Source: a virus
Lineage: Duplodnaviria; Heunggongvirae; Uroviricota; Caudoviricetes
DNA: 43,235 nt
IMG/VR virus record: IMGVR_UViG_2645727669_000018
Direction: 5' to 3' (one strand)
The stretch's first letter is position 1; each line of letters begins with the position of its first letter. The notes under the pieces are model-generated. The model was given only the letters and a program-made list of their open reading frames with translations. It was not told where the DNA came from and ran no database searches. The translations under genes and the position numbers were made by a program. Shown one piece after another: positions 11,417 to 20,187 of this stretch.

Positions 11417-11947
11417 TTAGCGAGTCAGAAACAACGAATCTTTATACTTTTGCTGTTGTTCATTTAAATACTTAGCTGTTTCATCGCTGGCAAATGGAAA
11501 TATTACCGTATTTTTAGGCATGGTAATTTCTTTTTTGTCCAGCGTCAGAGTAAACATAGGAACATACTGAGCAGAGTAACGCACCGCAGAAACGAGCTCT
11601 AGTTTAGACTCTTCAATAACACTTAAATTATCCAGGCTAACTTTCTCTTCATCTTTTTTCTTTGACGCATTTAAAGTTTTTATTACTTTATTTAATTTCT
11701 CCTGAAAATCCTCCTTAAAGTTTTCAGGATTGCCGTCGACAACAAGAATCTGTTCACCCTGATTATCTGGAAAAATAATCTTTGCACTTATCAATTTATT
11801 TTCTTTATAAACATCACCAAGTTTTATGGCTCCTCCAGATAACTGAATAATATGTTCATCTTTAAAGGAGATGTTGCCAGAGATTATGAGAGATGAAAAA
11901 ATAGCCGCTGCTCCAAGAATTACACTTGCTGTGATATAGCCTTTCAT
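11417..11947 (-). CDS. Hypothetical exported/membrane-anchored protein (moron inside tail operon)
   Basis: 176 aa, visibly AT-rich, Lys/Asn-rich; N-terminal hydrophobic segment (VILGAAAIFSSLIISG) suggests signal peptide or anchor; own candidate promoter and terminator. Confidence 0.6.
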   Translation of the reverse strand: MKGYITASVILGAAAIFSSLIISGNISFKDEHIIQLSGGAIKLGDVYKENKLISAKIIFPDNQGEQILVVDGNPENFKEDFQEKLNKVIKTLNASKKKDEEKVSLDNLSVIEESKLELVSAVRYSAQYVPMFTLTLDKKEITMPKNTVIFPFASDETAKYLNEQQQKYKDSLFLTR

Positions 11948-11982
11948 TTTTCGCCTATTAACATTTTTCTAAATGTGCATTA

Positions 11983-12010
11983 ATTCTATCACTCTATTTA
12001 TGACTTACAA
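11983..12010 (-). promoter_or_regulatory. Candidate sigma70 promoter for the tail-cluster moron
   Basis: Minus strand: TTGTAA - 16 nt - TAGAAT, about 30 nt upstream of the moron ATG, in the gap after the tape-measure gene. Confidence 0.4.
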
Positions 12011-12038
12011 CCAGCAATACATGTGAGGGGAATCCTGG

Positions 12039-13871
12039 CTACCAAAATCGGGTATAGCCAACATCGTGATTTATATCAATGCCACTGGAGCGTGTTTCCG
12101 TAACCCGCATACCTGATGGCATATTTATAAATGATACCTTGATCTCACCATCAACTTTTGGCGCGGTAGCTTTATTAATCATGAAGGGATTCGAGCCTGT
12201 GGCATCGGAGGCGTTGTTTGCCTGAGCCGGATCCACCGCCGGATAAGGAGTGTATCCCCGTGCCGGTATTCCCGTCCCATAAGCATCATAAGCACCCGCG
12301 CCCCACTGCGCAGAGTTAATGGCATCGACCGTGTCACCGGAACTGTCGGTAAACCACTCAATAATTGGCTTCAGCTTGTCCCACATATCCTGAAACCACT
12401 TAACAACCGGCCCCCAGTTATTGATCACCATCCCCAGCGGCGACCAGGCAAAAACTTTCTTAAGGAGTTCCCAGCCAGCCTCAAAATAAGGACCAATGGT
12501 TTCCCAGAGTTTCTTAAAATAAGGTCCGACAACATCCCAGTTAGTGATAATTAATCCCGCAGCCAGGGCTATCGCCGTCGCAATCATGCCAATCGGCGTC
12601 ATCGACATGATCCTGCTGACAATACTGATGGCACCGCCAACGCCCATCAATCCCAGTTTCAGAATCGCAAGACCGGCAGCAAGCCCGACGACGCCGCGAA
12701 TAACCCGGGGATTTTCATCCGCAAACTTCGTGAATTTTTCCCCCAACTCCCCCAGCCATTGCGTGATATTTTTAGCGTCACCAGAAAATGCGCCGCCAAT
12801 AGCTGCAAGACCGTTAGTTGCGGTCCCCGTCATTGCCTCCCACAGGTTGGACAGCGTACCAAGCTGAGCCTGAACACGTTTATTCAGGCTGGCCTGTTTA
12901 TTCATCTTCTGCTGGATCTGATCGTAGCCATCCTTTCCTTTATCGATCAGGGCATTGACCACCTGAAGGGTTTCGGCATCATCACCAAATATTGCCTTAA
13001 GTACGCCTGTTCGCTTAACGTCGGTCAGTTTTCGCAACTTTGCCAGTTGCCTGAACATGTTATCAAGACCGCCAAAACTTCCTTTGCCGTCAGTAAAATC
13101 GAGCTGTACCCCGAGTTTCTGGCGGGCCATGACTTTATTGACGTCCCTGATTTTCTTAACACTTAATCCGGACTGGATAACTTTTCGCAGGGCATTACCT
13201 GCCGACTCCCCGTTCATCCCCATCTGATCCATCATGACGCTGATGGGGGCAAGGCTCTGTGCAGCCTGAAGACCGTCCTTGTTCACCATCTTCAGAACAG
13301 AACTGGTTTTAGTGAAGAAGGACAACATGTTGGTATCGTCAACGCCCAGATAAAACGCCTTCTGGATAGTGTCGAACAGCCCCATCATGTCTTCTGACGC
13401 CGTTCCGGTAGCATCCTGCATCTTTGCAGCAAACTCAGCAGCCGCTTCCGGTGTTTTTTTCAGTTGTACCGCAAGATAAGCTGTCGCTTTACCCACACCA
13501 CCCAGAATGTTTTCTGCCGGGATCCCCTGCCGCACCAGCATCTGCATCATGTTCTGGAAATCAGCCGTTGTACCGGGTAGCTGGTTACCCAGGCCAATAG
13601 CCAGTTTATTGATGTCCTGAAAGCTCTTTCCAACCTCGCCGTTCGCATCCATCATGGCGACTTTCAGCCCGGTAGCGGCGTTTTCCTGATCGGCATAAGA
13701 TTTCAGGGAAAGCGTCAGCCCCGCTGCCAGTCCTCCACCAAGCGCCAGCCCACCCTGTGACGCTTCTTCCGCCTGGCGTTTAAATCCCCGGATTTTCTTT
13801 TGCATTTTCGACAGCGCGGGAGAAAGCCTGTCGACACCGGTGATCAACGCCTTAAGCTCAAATTCAGCCAT
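12039..13871 (-). CDS. Tail tape-measure protein
   Basis: 610 aa, Ala/Gly/Leu-rich with central hydrophobic segment; follows the chaperone frameshift pair. Confidence 0.85.
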   Translation of the reverse strand: MAEFELKALITGVDRLSPALSKMQKKIRGFKRQAEEASQGGLALGGGLAAGLTLSLKSYADQENAATGLKVAMMDANGEVGKSFQDINKLAIGLGNQLPGTTADFQNMMQMLVRQGIPAENILGGVGKATAYLAVQLKKTPEAAAEFAAKMQDATGTASEDMMGLFDTIQKAFYLGVDDTNMLSFFTKTSSVLKMVNKDGLQAAQSLAPISVMMDQMGMNGESAGNALRKVIQSGLSVKKIRDVNKVMARQKLGVQLDFTDGKGSFGGLDNMFRQLAKLRKLTDVKRTGVLKAIFGDDAETLQVVNALIDKGKDGYDQIQQKMNKQASLNKRVQAQLGTLSNLWEAMTGTATNGLAAIGGAFSGDAKNITQWLGELGEKFTKFADENPRVIRGVVGLAAGLAILKLGLMGVGGAISIVSRIMSMTPIGMIATAIALAAGLIITNWDVVGPYFKKLWETIGPYFEAGWELLKKVFAWSPLGMVINNWGPVVKWFQDMWDKLKPIIEWFTDSSGDTVDAINSAQWGAGAYDAYGTGIPARGYTPYPAVDPAQANNASDATGSNPFMINKATAPKVDGEIKVSFINMPSGMRVTETRSSGIDINHDVGYTRFW

Positions 13872-14046
13872 GTGTGCGTTTCTCCTGCTCTATCCTGTTT
13901 GCCTGACTGACCAGCAAGGGAATTTCACTGATCGGCATATTCAGCAATTCGAAGGGATTAATGCGCCAGTAGCTGGCGCAGTCAAAGAAGCGATCAGTGA
14001 GGTATTCAGCCGTCAGGCCTGGAGGAAAAAACCAGCCACAAGCCAC
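13864..14046 (-). CDS. Tail assembly chaperone -1 frameshift extension (gpGT-like C-terminal part)
   Basis: ORF in the -1 frame relative to the chaperone, entered at slippery heptamer T TTT TTC; its translation continues ...FFPPGLTAEYL; overlaps the tape-measure start. Confidence 0.6.
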   Translation of the reverse strand: MACGWFFPPGLTAEYLTDRFFDCASYWRINPFELLNMPISEIPLLVSQANRIEQEKRTHG

Positions 14047-14282
14047 GCCGCTGCATTCAGGTCTGCCGGAGACATCTGGTCGACAGAGCTTTGCGGCACT
14101 TTCGCCAGCCGCACAATGTATTTCGACACCACATGCGCCAGAAGTCTGACGGACTCATCCTGATTCATCTGGTAGGGATACCCCAGCTCGCGGACATCTT
14201 TCCCGGTGGGCTCATCAAACTCCAGTACGGAGAGTGTCTCGCCATGAGCGGTAATCGGTTTCTTTAACTCAAGCTCTTTCAT
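14013..14282 (-). CDS. Tail assembly chaperone (gpG-like, Mu gp41 family)
   Basis: 89 aa between tail tube and tape-measure genes; ends ...AAAWLVAGFFLQA with the slippery site in its last codons. Confidence 0.75.
   Translation of the reverse strand: MKELELKKPITAHGETLSVLEFDEPTGKDVRELGYPYQMNQDESVRLLAHVVSKYIVRLAKVPQSSVDQMSPADLNAAAWLVAGFFLQA
14025..14031 (-). promoter_or_regulatory. Programmed -1 ribosomal frameshift slippery heptamer (T TTT TTC)
   Basis: Minus-strand codons GGT TTT TTC, 4 codons before the chaperone stop; -1 frame opens into ORF 13864-14046. Confidence 0.6.
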
Positions 14283-14638
14283 TACTGGTAATCCCCTTCT
14301 TCACCGTGGAACTCAAGATCGACCGTGCCTTCTTCGGCATTATGGTTCGCTTCGCCGTGCAGCCAGGCAGACGACAGTACATAGACCTGACCGTTCGCCA
14401 GCTCGGCAGTGATGGTCATCTCATCAGACGAGGTGATTTTGCTCACCGGAAAATTCTTCGGCACCTTGAAGGTCCCTTTGACATAAGGCGCACGGTGAGT
14501 TTCCTTGCGGTCCACTGAACCGTCCAGGCCGATGATGTCATCATTGACCGTCCTGTTCATGGGCACCTCAATGCCGCCGGTCAGCGATAGCTGCTGACCG
14601 TCAATTTTGAAATAACAGGTTCCCCCGATACGGGCCAT
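14282..14638 (-). CDS. Tail tube protein (Mu gp40/M-like)
   Basis: 118 aa directly after the sheath gene (stop/start overlap). Confidence 0.75.
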   Translation of the reverse strand: MARIGGTCYFKIDGQQLSLTGGIEVPMNRTVNDDIIGLDGSVDRKETHRAPYVKGTFKVPKNFPVSKITSSDEMTITAELANGQVYVLSSAWLHGEANHNAEEGTVDLEFHGEEGDYQ

Positions 14639-16134
14639 TATGCGGACTCCTCTGAATACTGAAGACGGAACTGGTTAACCACGGCAAAGACACGCAACTG
14701 GTTAACATAGTCAGGCGGGAACAGCGTGTTCAGGCGGTTCGGATCGCTGGCATCACGCTCCACAACTAGGTACTGCTTAAACAGTGCGTAGTTTTCCACG
14801 ATCCCCGCACGCTCAAGCTGACGGTAGGTTGCCAGCAGTTCCCCTTTGATCACCGCCGGGGTGACAATCGCCTGACCGGGACCAAAGCGGGTACCGTCAC
14901 TGGCAAGCTTGTGACGCCCGTACTTACTGGTAATGACGGATTTCAGTTTGCGCAGTACATACGCGCTGGTATGCAGAGTCTCACTGTCTAGGTAGCTGTT
15001 ATCCGCAACCCCGTAAGCGTTTTTCCTGTACGTGGTGACATCACGCTGAATGCGCAGTACCCCGCTTTCGACATACGCCGTTGCCACGCCATGAGACAGC
15101 AGGGTCTGTTGTTCGGTCATCGTGAACCGTTTCCCCTTCGGCGCAGGCAGCATACCCACCAGCTCACCGGTCTGCGTGGGACGTGCCGGATCGTTGCGAA
15201 TAAACACCGCTGCGCGGGCGGTACGGCTTGCCGCCAGTTCGTCGGCAGGCGTCTGGGTCTCTTTTTCGTACCCCGCCAGGGTAATGTGCTGCTGGTTAAA
15301 CTGGTCACCTGCGGTCACCAGTTCTGACAGCGTGCCGATCTTTGCCGTATACACATGACCATACAGCTGACGCGCATAGCTCCAGCGACCGCTGGTATCG
15401 TTCATCTCGGTCACCAGCGTGTTAACGGAGGCCGTGTCGTTGAACGGCAGGCCGATATAATCAAACGGCTCATCCGCCATTGCAGCCACCGCGCCGGTGA
15501 GAACCGGAGCGCCCGTTCCGGCGGTCCCCGTCGCCACGGCAATCTGTACGCCCGCTGGCAGCACTTCGCCCCCACCAAAGCCGTAGTAATTGAGGCTGAC
15601 AGGAATTTCATTCCCGCAAAGCCCCTTATGACGCGCGGTCAGCGTGACCACGCCTGCCGAAGATGAGGCCGTAAACGGCAGGGCCGGAACGGCATTAATG
15701 GCATCTTTGATACTGCCGGCAATCGTCGTGACGTTATCGCCGTTGGTCACCGGTGCCTGCACGCGGGTACGTCCCACATAAACATTCACCGTGCCGGTTT
15801 CGGTTGCCGCCCCGGTCACCGTCAGCGTAACCGTTGCCGCCGCGCCTGTGGCTTCCGGAACGGCAATCACATACAGCTCGCCAAACGGGTCAGTCTGGCG
15901 ATAAGCCTCGACCATACGCGCCAGCTGACTTCCCGCACCACAAATCTGGCGTGCATAGTCTGCCGACGGCATCAGCACCAGACTGTTGGCAACAATCTCT
16001 GCACCGTTATTGGCATGACCAATCAGCAGCGATGCTCCGCTGTCCTGTGCAGTATTCGCCGCCGAGTTATCCATTTCCGCATAAAACAGCGGAACCAGCG
16101 TATTCGACGGAATGGTGTTAAAGCTTATCGTCAT
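14638..16134 (-). CDS. Tail sheath protein (contractile tail)
   Basis: 498 aa; size, Gly/Ala/Thr-rich composition and position upstream of tube gene. Confidence 0.85.
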   Translation of the reverse strand: MTISFNTIPSNTLVPLFYAEMDNSAANTAQDSGASLLIGHANNGAEIVANSLVLMPSADYARQICGAGSQLARMVEAYRQTDPFGELYVIAVPEATGAAATVTLTVTGAATETGTVNVYVGRTRVQAPVTNGDNVTTIAGSIKDAINAVPALPFTASSSAGVVTLTARHKGLCGNEIPVSLNYYGFGGGEVLPAGVQIAVATGTAGTGAPVLTGAVAAMADEPFDYIGLPFNDTASVNTLVTEMNDTSGRWSYARQLYGHVYTAKIGTLSELVTAGDQFNQQHITLAGYEKETQTPADELAASRTARAAVFIRNDPARPTQTGELVGMLPAPKGKRFTMTEQQTLLSHGVATAYVESGVLRIQRDVTTYRKNAYGVADNSYLDSETLHTSAYVLRKLKSVITSKYGRHKLASDGTRFGPGQAIVTPAVIKGELLATYRQLERAGIVENYALFKQYLVVERDASDPNRLNTLFPPDYVNQLRVFAVVNQFRLQYSEESA

Positions 16135-16288
16135 CGGTGTTCACCTTTTTATTCACGCGCCGGATATCACCCGCGGCTTCACGGCGCAGCCAGTAGTTGT
16201 TCTCGTCAACATTTCGCCCTTCGGCGGGCAAAAGGTCGCCGCGGGCAGGGTCAGGCACTGACCGCCCTTTAACAGGTTTCACAAACAT
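16118..16288 (-). CDS. Small hypothetical protein upstream of sheath gene
   Basis: 56-aa ORF found manually (below ORF-track cutoff): MFVKPVKGRSVPDPARGDLLPAEGRNVDENNYWLRREAAGDIRRVNKKVNTDDDKL; stop overlaps sheath start; fills an otherwise empty gap. Confidence 0.4.
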   Translation of the reverse strand: MFVKPVKGRSVPDPARGDLLPAEGRNVDENNYWLRREAAGDIRRVNKKVNTDDDKL

Positions 16289-16296
16289 GAGGATCC

Positions 16297-16857
16297 TCAG
16301 GAAGGAAGGGTTATTTCGGTGTGATGTTCGATATCGCCGTCAGGCCCGTTACCGGGCTCGAGATAATCAACATCAATCGCCAGCGTTTGCAGTTCATCCA
16401 GACTGTTCAGATCATCCTGCTGGCGGGTATCGTCTTCAGTCAGCTCGCTGATGACCGAAAAATCGAACTGATAAATCAGCTCATGACGATTCAGATCCAG
16501 CAGCGTGCCGCCGTCATAGGTAATCGGGTTACCGCACGCTTCCGGGTTCCAGCCCAGCAGGGCCTTAAAGAGCATCTGCCGGACATCGTCCACCACATCA
16601 TATGAGGCAAACTGACCGCGCTCATCACGCCCGTTACTCAGTATGACAACCACGGAGAAGCCCTCTTTCAGCTCCTGCCAGTAGTCGGTCTGGCTTTTGT
16701 TTTCTCCCGGAGAGTCATCACCCGGTACCACATACGCCGCCGGGAGTCTCAGCTTTCCGACCTCCGGCAGATTTTTGAACTGTGCCGCGCCTGCCACCCG
16801 GTTTTCAAAATACGGGCAGCGGGCACGCAGCGCAGCAATAACAGGCGTCAGTTTCAT
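16297..16857 (-). CDS. Putative tail terminator/neck protein (Mu gp37-like)
   Basis: 186-aa acidic protein between head-completion genes and sheath. Confidence 0.45.
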   Translation of the reverse strand: MKLTPVIAALRARCPYFENRVAGAAQFKNLPEVGKLRLPAAYVVPGDDSPGENKSQTDYWQELKEGFSVVVILSNGRDERGQFASYDVVDDVRQMLFKALLGWNPEACGNPITYDGGTLLDLNRHELIYQFDFSVISELTEDDTRQQDDLNSLDELQTLAIDVDYLEPGNGPDGDIEHHTEITLPS

Positions 16858-17360
16858 CTGTGTCGTCGCTCCGGCTTCAGTGATTTACGCAATTCCCGCG
16901 CCAGAAAATAGCGTGTCCAGCTGCGGTTCTTTTCAAGAGTTTCCACCATGAAGTTATTACGTGGAGCCAGTCGCCAGCCGCTGCCACCGGATGCGCCACG
17001 ATGATGACTACGACGACGTTTTGCTCCTCCCCGGACACCAAAAAACAGAAACGCCGGATAGAAGTCACCAGAGATCATCCGGTTCCCCTTCCCGTTGCGC
17101 TGGTTAGGGGCAATGCGTGTCATAAAACCGGCTCGCTTTTTACTGGCTCTCGGCACCATATAACCAATCGAACGAGCCAGGCGTCCGGTCTGATAACCGG
17201 GGTTTTCACCCGGTGCCGACCGCGCACGGCGCATCACCAGCCGACGGGCATCACGCATATGACGCTGCCCAATCGTGACAAACGCCCGCCGGACACGGGC
17301 GCGGTTAAAGCGCATCTCGGCGGGCTGCTGAACATCAACGTGAAAAAAGGGAGTCGCCAT
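16854..17360 (-). CDS. Putative virion morphogenesis / head-tail joining protein
   Basis: 168 aa, Arg-rich; in the head-tail junction block. Confidence 0.45.
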   Translation of the reverse strand: MATPFFHVDVQQPAEMRFNRARVRRAFVTIGQRHMRDARRLVMRRARSAPGENPGYQTGRLARSIGYMVPRASKKRAGFMTRIAPNQRNGKGNRMISGDFYPAFLFFGVRGGAKRRRSHHRGASGGSGWRLAPRNNFMVETLEKNRSWTRYFLARELRKSLKPERRHR

Positions 17361-17745
17361 TGCTGCCTCCGTGACTCTGCCTACATTCGCCCAGCTCCGT
17401 ACACTCCAGCAGCAGAAAGCGCCGCGCCCCGTTCAGATCACGCTGACGTTTCACCCGGTACACACTGTCATCACAGACCACCTCATAATCAGCGGTGATC
17501 CCCCGGCGGTAACGAATGGTGATGTAATGGGTGATGGCGTCCCCGGTCTGCGCGGTTTCCTGCCAGGTGGTGGCACTGGTCTGGATAACCTTCGCCCATG
17601 TCCGGAACGTAACCGGGTATTGAGGCTCCACGCCAAAGTTATCCGCGGGCATATCCACCCGCTGGCGGATCAGGACGCGTTTATTCAGTTCACCGGGGTC
17701 CGGCAGAATGTAGGTTGCGCTGGTCTGCGCCTGACGAATTTTCAT
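17335..17745 (-). CDS. Head-tail adaptor (head closure) protein
   Basis: 136 aa; pattern typical of SPP1 gp16-type head closure proteins; downstream of connector protein. Confidence 0.6.
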   Translation of the reverse strand: MKIRQAQTSATYILPDPGELNKRVLIRQRVDMPADNFGVEPQYPVTFRTWAKVIQTSATTWQETAQTGDAITHYITIRYRRGITADYEVVCDDSVYRVKRQRDLNGARRFLLLECTELGECRQSHGGSNGDSLFSR

Positions 17746-18065
17746 TGCGGAAAGTACCTGTACGGGCCGACAAGCCAGCCAAAACTCTGCGGCATGTCGA
17801 GTTTCTCCACTTCCGTAACCGACGAGCGGTTTTCGTAAAAATGGCTGATAAGCATCAGCATCCCCAGACGAATATCATCCGGCAGGTGCAGCCCGTCCGG
17901 ATCGCTGTCCGGAATGGTTTCATCCGGTGCATAGAGCTTCCGGTTCAGATACGTTTCCGTCCGCTTTTGTGCCGCACAGGCCAGCAGTTGCAGATGGCGG
18001 TCATCAGCATCGAAATCCTCATCCAGCCGGAGTTGGGCTTTAATCTCTTCCATTGTCAGAAGCAT
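17742..18065 (-). CDS. Head-tail connector protein (gp6-like)
   Basis: 107 aa; conserved position after capsid gene in HK97-type modules. Confidence 0.6.
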   Translation of the reverse strand: MLLTMEEIKAQLRLDEDFDADDRHLQLLACAAQKRTETYLNRKLYAPDETIPDSDPDGLHLPDDIRLGMLMLISHFYENRSSVTEVEKLDMPQSFGWLVGPYRYFPQ

Positions 18066-18067
18066 AC

Positions 18068-18268
18068 TCAGCCCTCTTTACTGGTCGTGGCTTTTTTCTC
18101 TTTTGTCGCTTTACTGCTTTTTGCACTGGTTCCGCGCTCTGCTAACCCGGCCTGAAGTGCAATCTCCTGCACCCGGGCAGGAAGCGCCCCGTCGTCATAC
18201 TCACCGGCCCGAATGACCTCAACACGCATACCGTCCGGTGACCATTTCAGATCTTGTTTCAGGATCAT
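18068..18268 (-). CDS. Small hypothetical protein (head module)
   Basis: 66 aa with Lys-rich C-terminus; tightly packed between capsid and connector genes. Confidence 0.4.
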   Translation of the reverse strand: MILKQDLKWSPDGMRVEVIRAGEYDDGALPARVQEIALQAGLAERGTSAKSSKATKEKKATTSKEG

Positions 18269-18288
18269 GATTCTTCACCCGTCAGAAC

Positions 18289-18310
18289 AGGGGCGCGGTT
18301 CCGCGCCCCT
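18289..18310 (-). terminator. GC-rich hairpin immediately after major capsid gene
   Basis: aggggcgcgg / ccgcgcccct 9-10 bp stem 7 nt after the capsid stop; no T-tract, so more likely partial terminator or stability element. Confidence 0.35.
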
Positions 18311-18316
18311 GAGTGA

Positions 18317-19522
18317 TTACGCCACTGCAATCTTCAGCAGTTTGATGGCCTGCGAATCGACCAGCATGCCGCCGGTGCGTTTGGTGGTATAAAAACCGAC
18401 AAACGGTTTATTGGTGTACGGGTCACGCAGAATGCGGGTGCCGATACGGTCAACGATGGTGTAACCCCGTTTGAAGTTACCAAATGCAATGGCTTTCGCA
18501 TCAGCGGCGATATCCGGCATCTGTTCGTTTTCAGCGATACCGTAACCCGCCAGAGAGGACGGCTGCCCCAGCTCCAGCCCCGGACGCCACAGATAGTTAC
18601 CCTCGCTGTCTTTCAGCAGACGGATGGCAAACAGGCTATTGTTGTTCATCATGAACTTCGCGCCTGTGCGGTGTGCCTTACGCAGCGTGTAAATCAGTTT
18701 GATAATGGCGTCTGCGGTCACCGCCGTCGCGTCGCCGGATACAATATGCTGAAGTTTGCCGAACGCCCGGACCTTATCGGTTTCATCCGTGGATTCATAC
18801 GCCAGGAACCCTTTCGGCTTCTTGGTACCATCGCCGGTGGTAAAGGCAATTTCTTCCTGTTCGGCAAATTCGGTTGCCAGCTCGCTGTTGATCCATGCTT
18901 CCACGTTGAAAAAGGCATCATCCAGCATTTTCTGGGTGGCCTGCGGGTTACCGTAGATTTCCCCCATGAAAGGTTCAATCAGGCCCAGTTTTGAGGTGGC
19001 AGTCTGGGAGCGCGCGTCAGTCTCACCAACCCATCCGGAAGCCGTGCCGCCCAGATTCACCAGTTTTTTGTAGTCGGAACCACCAACGGTGATCACCGTG
19101 GCTTCCTGGCGCATCACCACTTCATCTTTCAGCAGGGTGAGAATGTTGCGATCCAGTGCTTCCGGCATGGCATAGCCGCCGTCTTCATCGGTGCCCACCT
19201 GTAATGCCTTGCGCTCCAGATCGCGCAGACCATCTTCACGGCCTTTACGCAGGAAGCCCACAAACGCTTCTTTATGCTCGGTGGCCAGTTTATTTTGCGC
19301 ACCACCTGCCGGACGTTTCAGCTCAAGCAGCTCTTTTTCAAGATCGCTTTTGAGGTTTTCCAGCTCGCTGAGTTTCCCGTTCAGGGTTTCCACCTGCCCG
19401 GCAAGCTTGCCTTTTTCCTGCTCAATCGCATCCACGCGCTTGTCGTTCTTTGCTTTGAAGTCGTCAAACTTCTGCTGCAGCTCCTGCGCGACCTGTTCGA
19501 CATCTTTAATATCAACCGCCAT
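18317..19522 (-). CDS. Major capsid protein, HK97 family
   Basis: 401 aa; N-terminal coiled-coil delta/scaffold-like region followed by HK97-fold-like body; follows prohead protease. Confidence 0.85.
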   Translation of the reverse strand: MAVDIKDVEQVAQELQQKFDDFKAKNDKRVDAIEQEKGKLAGQVETLNGKLSELENLKSDLEKELLELKRPAGGAQNKLATEHKEAFVGFLRKGREDGLRDLERKALQVGTDEDGGYAMPEALDRNILTLLKDEVVMRQEATVITVGGSDYKKLVNLGGTASGWVGETDARSQTATSKLGLIEPFMGEIYGNPQATQKMLDDAFFNVEAWINSELATEFAEQEEIAFTTGDGTKKPKGFLAYESTDETDKVRAFGKLQHIVSGDATAVTADAIIKLIYTLRKAHRTGAKFMMNNNSLFAIRLLKDSEGNYLWRPGLELGQPSSLAGYGIAENEQMPDIAADAKAIAFGNFKRGYTIVDRIGTRILRDPYTNKPFVGFYTTKRTGGMLVDSQAIKLLKIAVA

Positions 19523-19536
19523 CGTATTTCTCCTGA

Positions 19537-20187
19537 TTAGAAGTTCAGATTTTTCAGTGCATTCAGTGCAGAGCCCACATCCTCAGCGTCGCGCAGGGAC
19601 AGTGCGCCATAGCCCCCGGCCATGAATGCTTTGGCCTGGGTACGGGAGAGTCCGACATCACGCAGGACTCTTTCGATTTTTTTCTGTTCGGGGATTTCCC
19701 CGCGGGCCAGTGCGTTCTTGACGTCGCTGATCCGCGCCTCGTCGTTAGACGGGAACGTCACCAGGCTGACTTCCCAGAGGTCAATTTCTTTCAGCAGAAA
19801 GGCTTCTTTGCTCCGGTCGTATTCCCAGTCTTTCAGGACGTACCCAATAGAAAGGCCGGTTAACGAACCGGCCTTCATGTGTGCATGTGCGCGTTTTGCG
19901 AGGGGATCATCATCAATAAGCAACCGTCCCCTGACGTAAAGCCCGACATCGTCTTCCTTCATTTCAGTGTAAACACCGATGGGTTCATCCATGCGGTGCT
20001 GCCAGAGCAGCGCAGGTAACGCTTTTCTGTCACTCCACGCCCGCAGGGAAGCAGCAAATGCCCCGGACATCACCACATCATCGTGGCTGTCCTTTACACC
20101 AAAGACGGAGCCATACCCTTCAAACTCACCGGAGTCACTGACAGATTTCAGACTCAGCGGTACATCAAGACGTTGTTTCGTCTGCAT
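19537..20187 (-). CDS. Prohead protease, HK97 family
   Basis: Between portal and capsid; start moved to ATG 20187 (AAGGA SD about 8 nt upstream), removing the overlap with the portal gene given by the ORF-track start 20223. Confidence 0.8.
   Translation of the reverse strand: MQTKQRLDVPLSLKSVSDSGEFEGYGSVFGVKDSHDDVVMSGAFAASLRAWSDRKALPALLWQHRMDEPIGVYTEMKEDDVGLYVRGRLLIDDDPLAKRAHAHMKAGSLTGLSIGYVLKDWEYDRSKEAFLLKEIDLWEVSLVTFPSNDEARISDVKNALARGEIPEQKKIERVLRDVGLSRTQAKAFMAGGYGALSLRDAEDVGSALNALKNLNF

Noticed and set aside
11417-11947. Identity of the tail-cluster moron as Lom or Cor
   Set aside because: No C-terminal aromatic residue or beta-barrel pattern expected for Lom-type outer membrane proteins (ends ...SLFLTR) and no lipobox cysteine; only the positional analogy holds.
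13864-14046. Independent 60-aa gene between chaperone and tape-measure genes
   Set aside because: Its annotated Met lies in the -1 frame overlapping the chaperone 3' end next to a canonical slippery heptamer; better explained as a frameshift extension.
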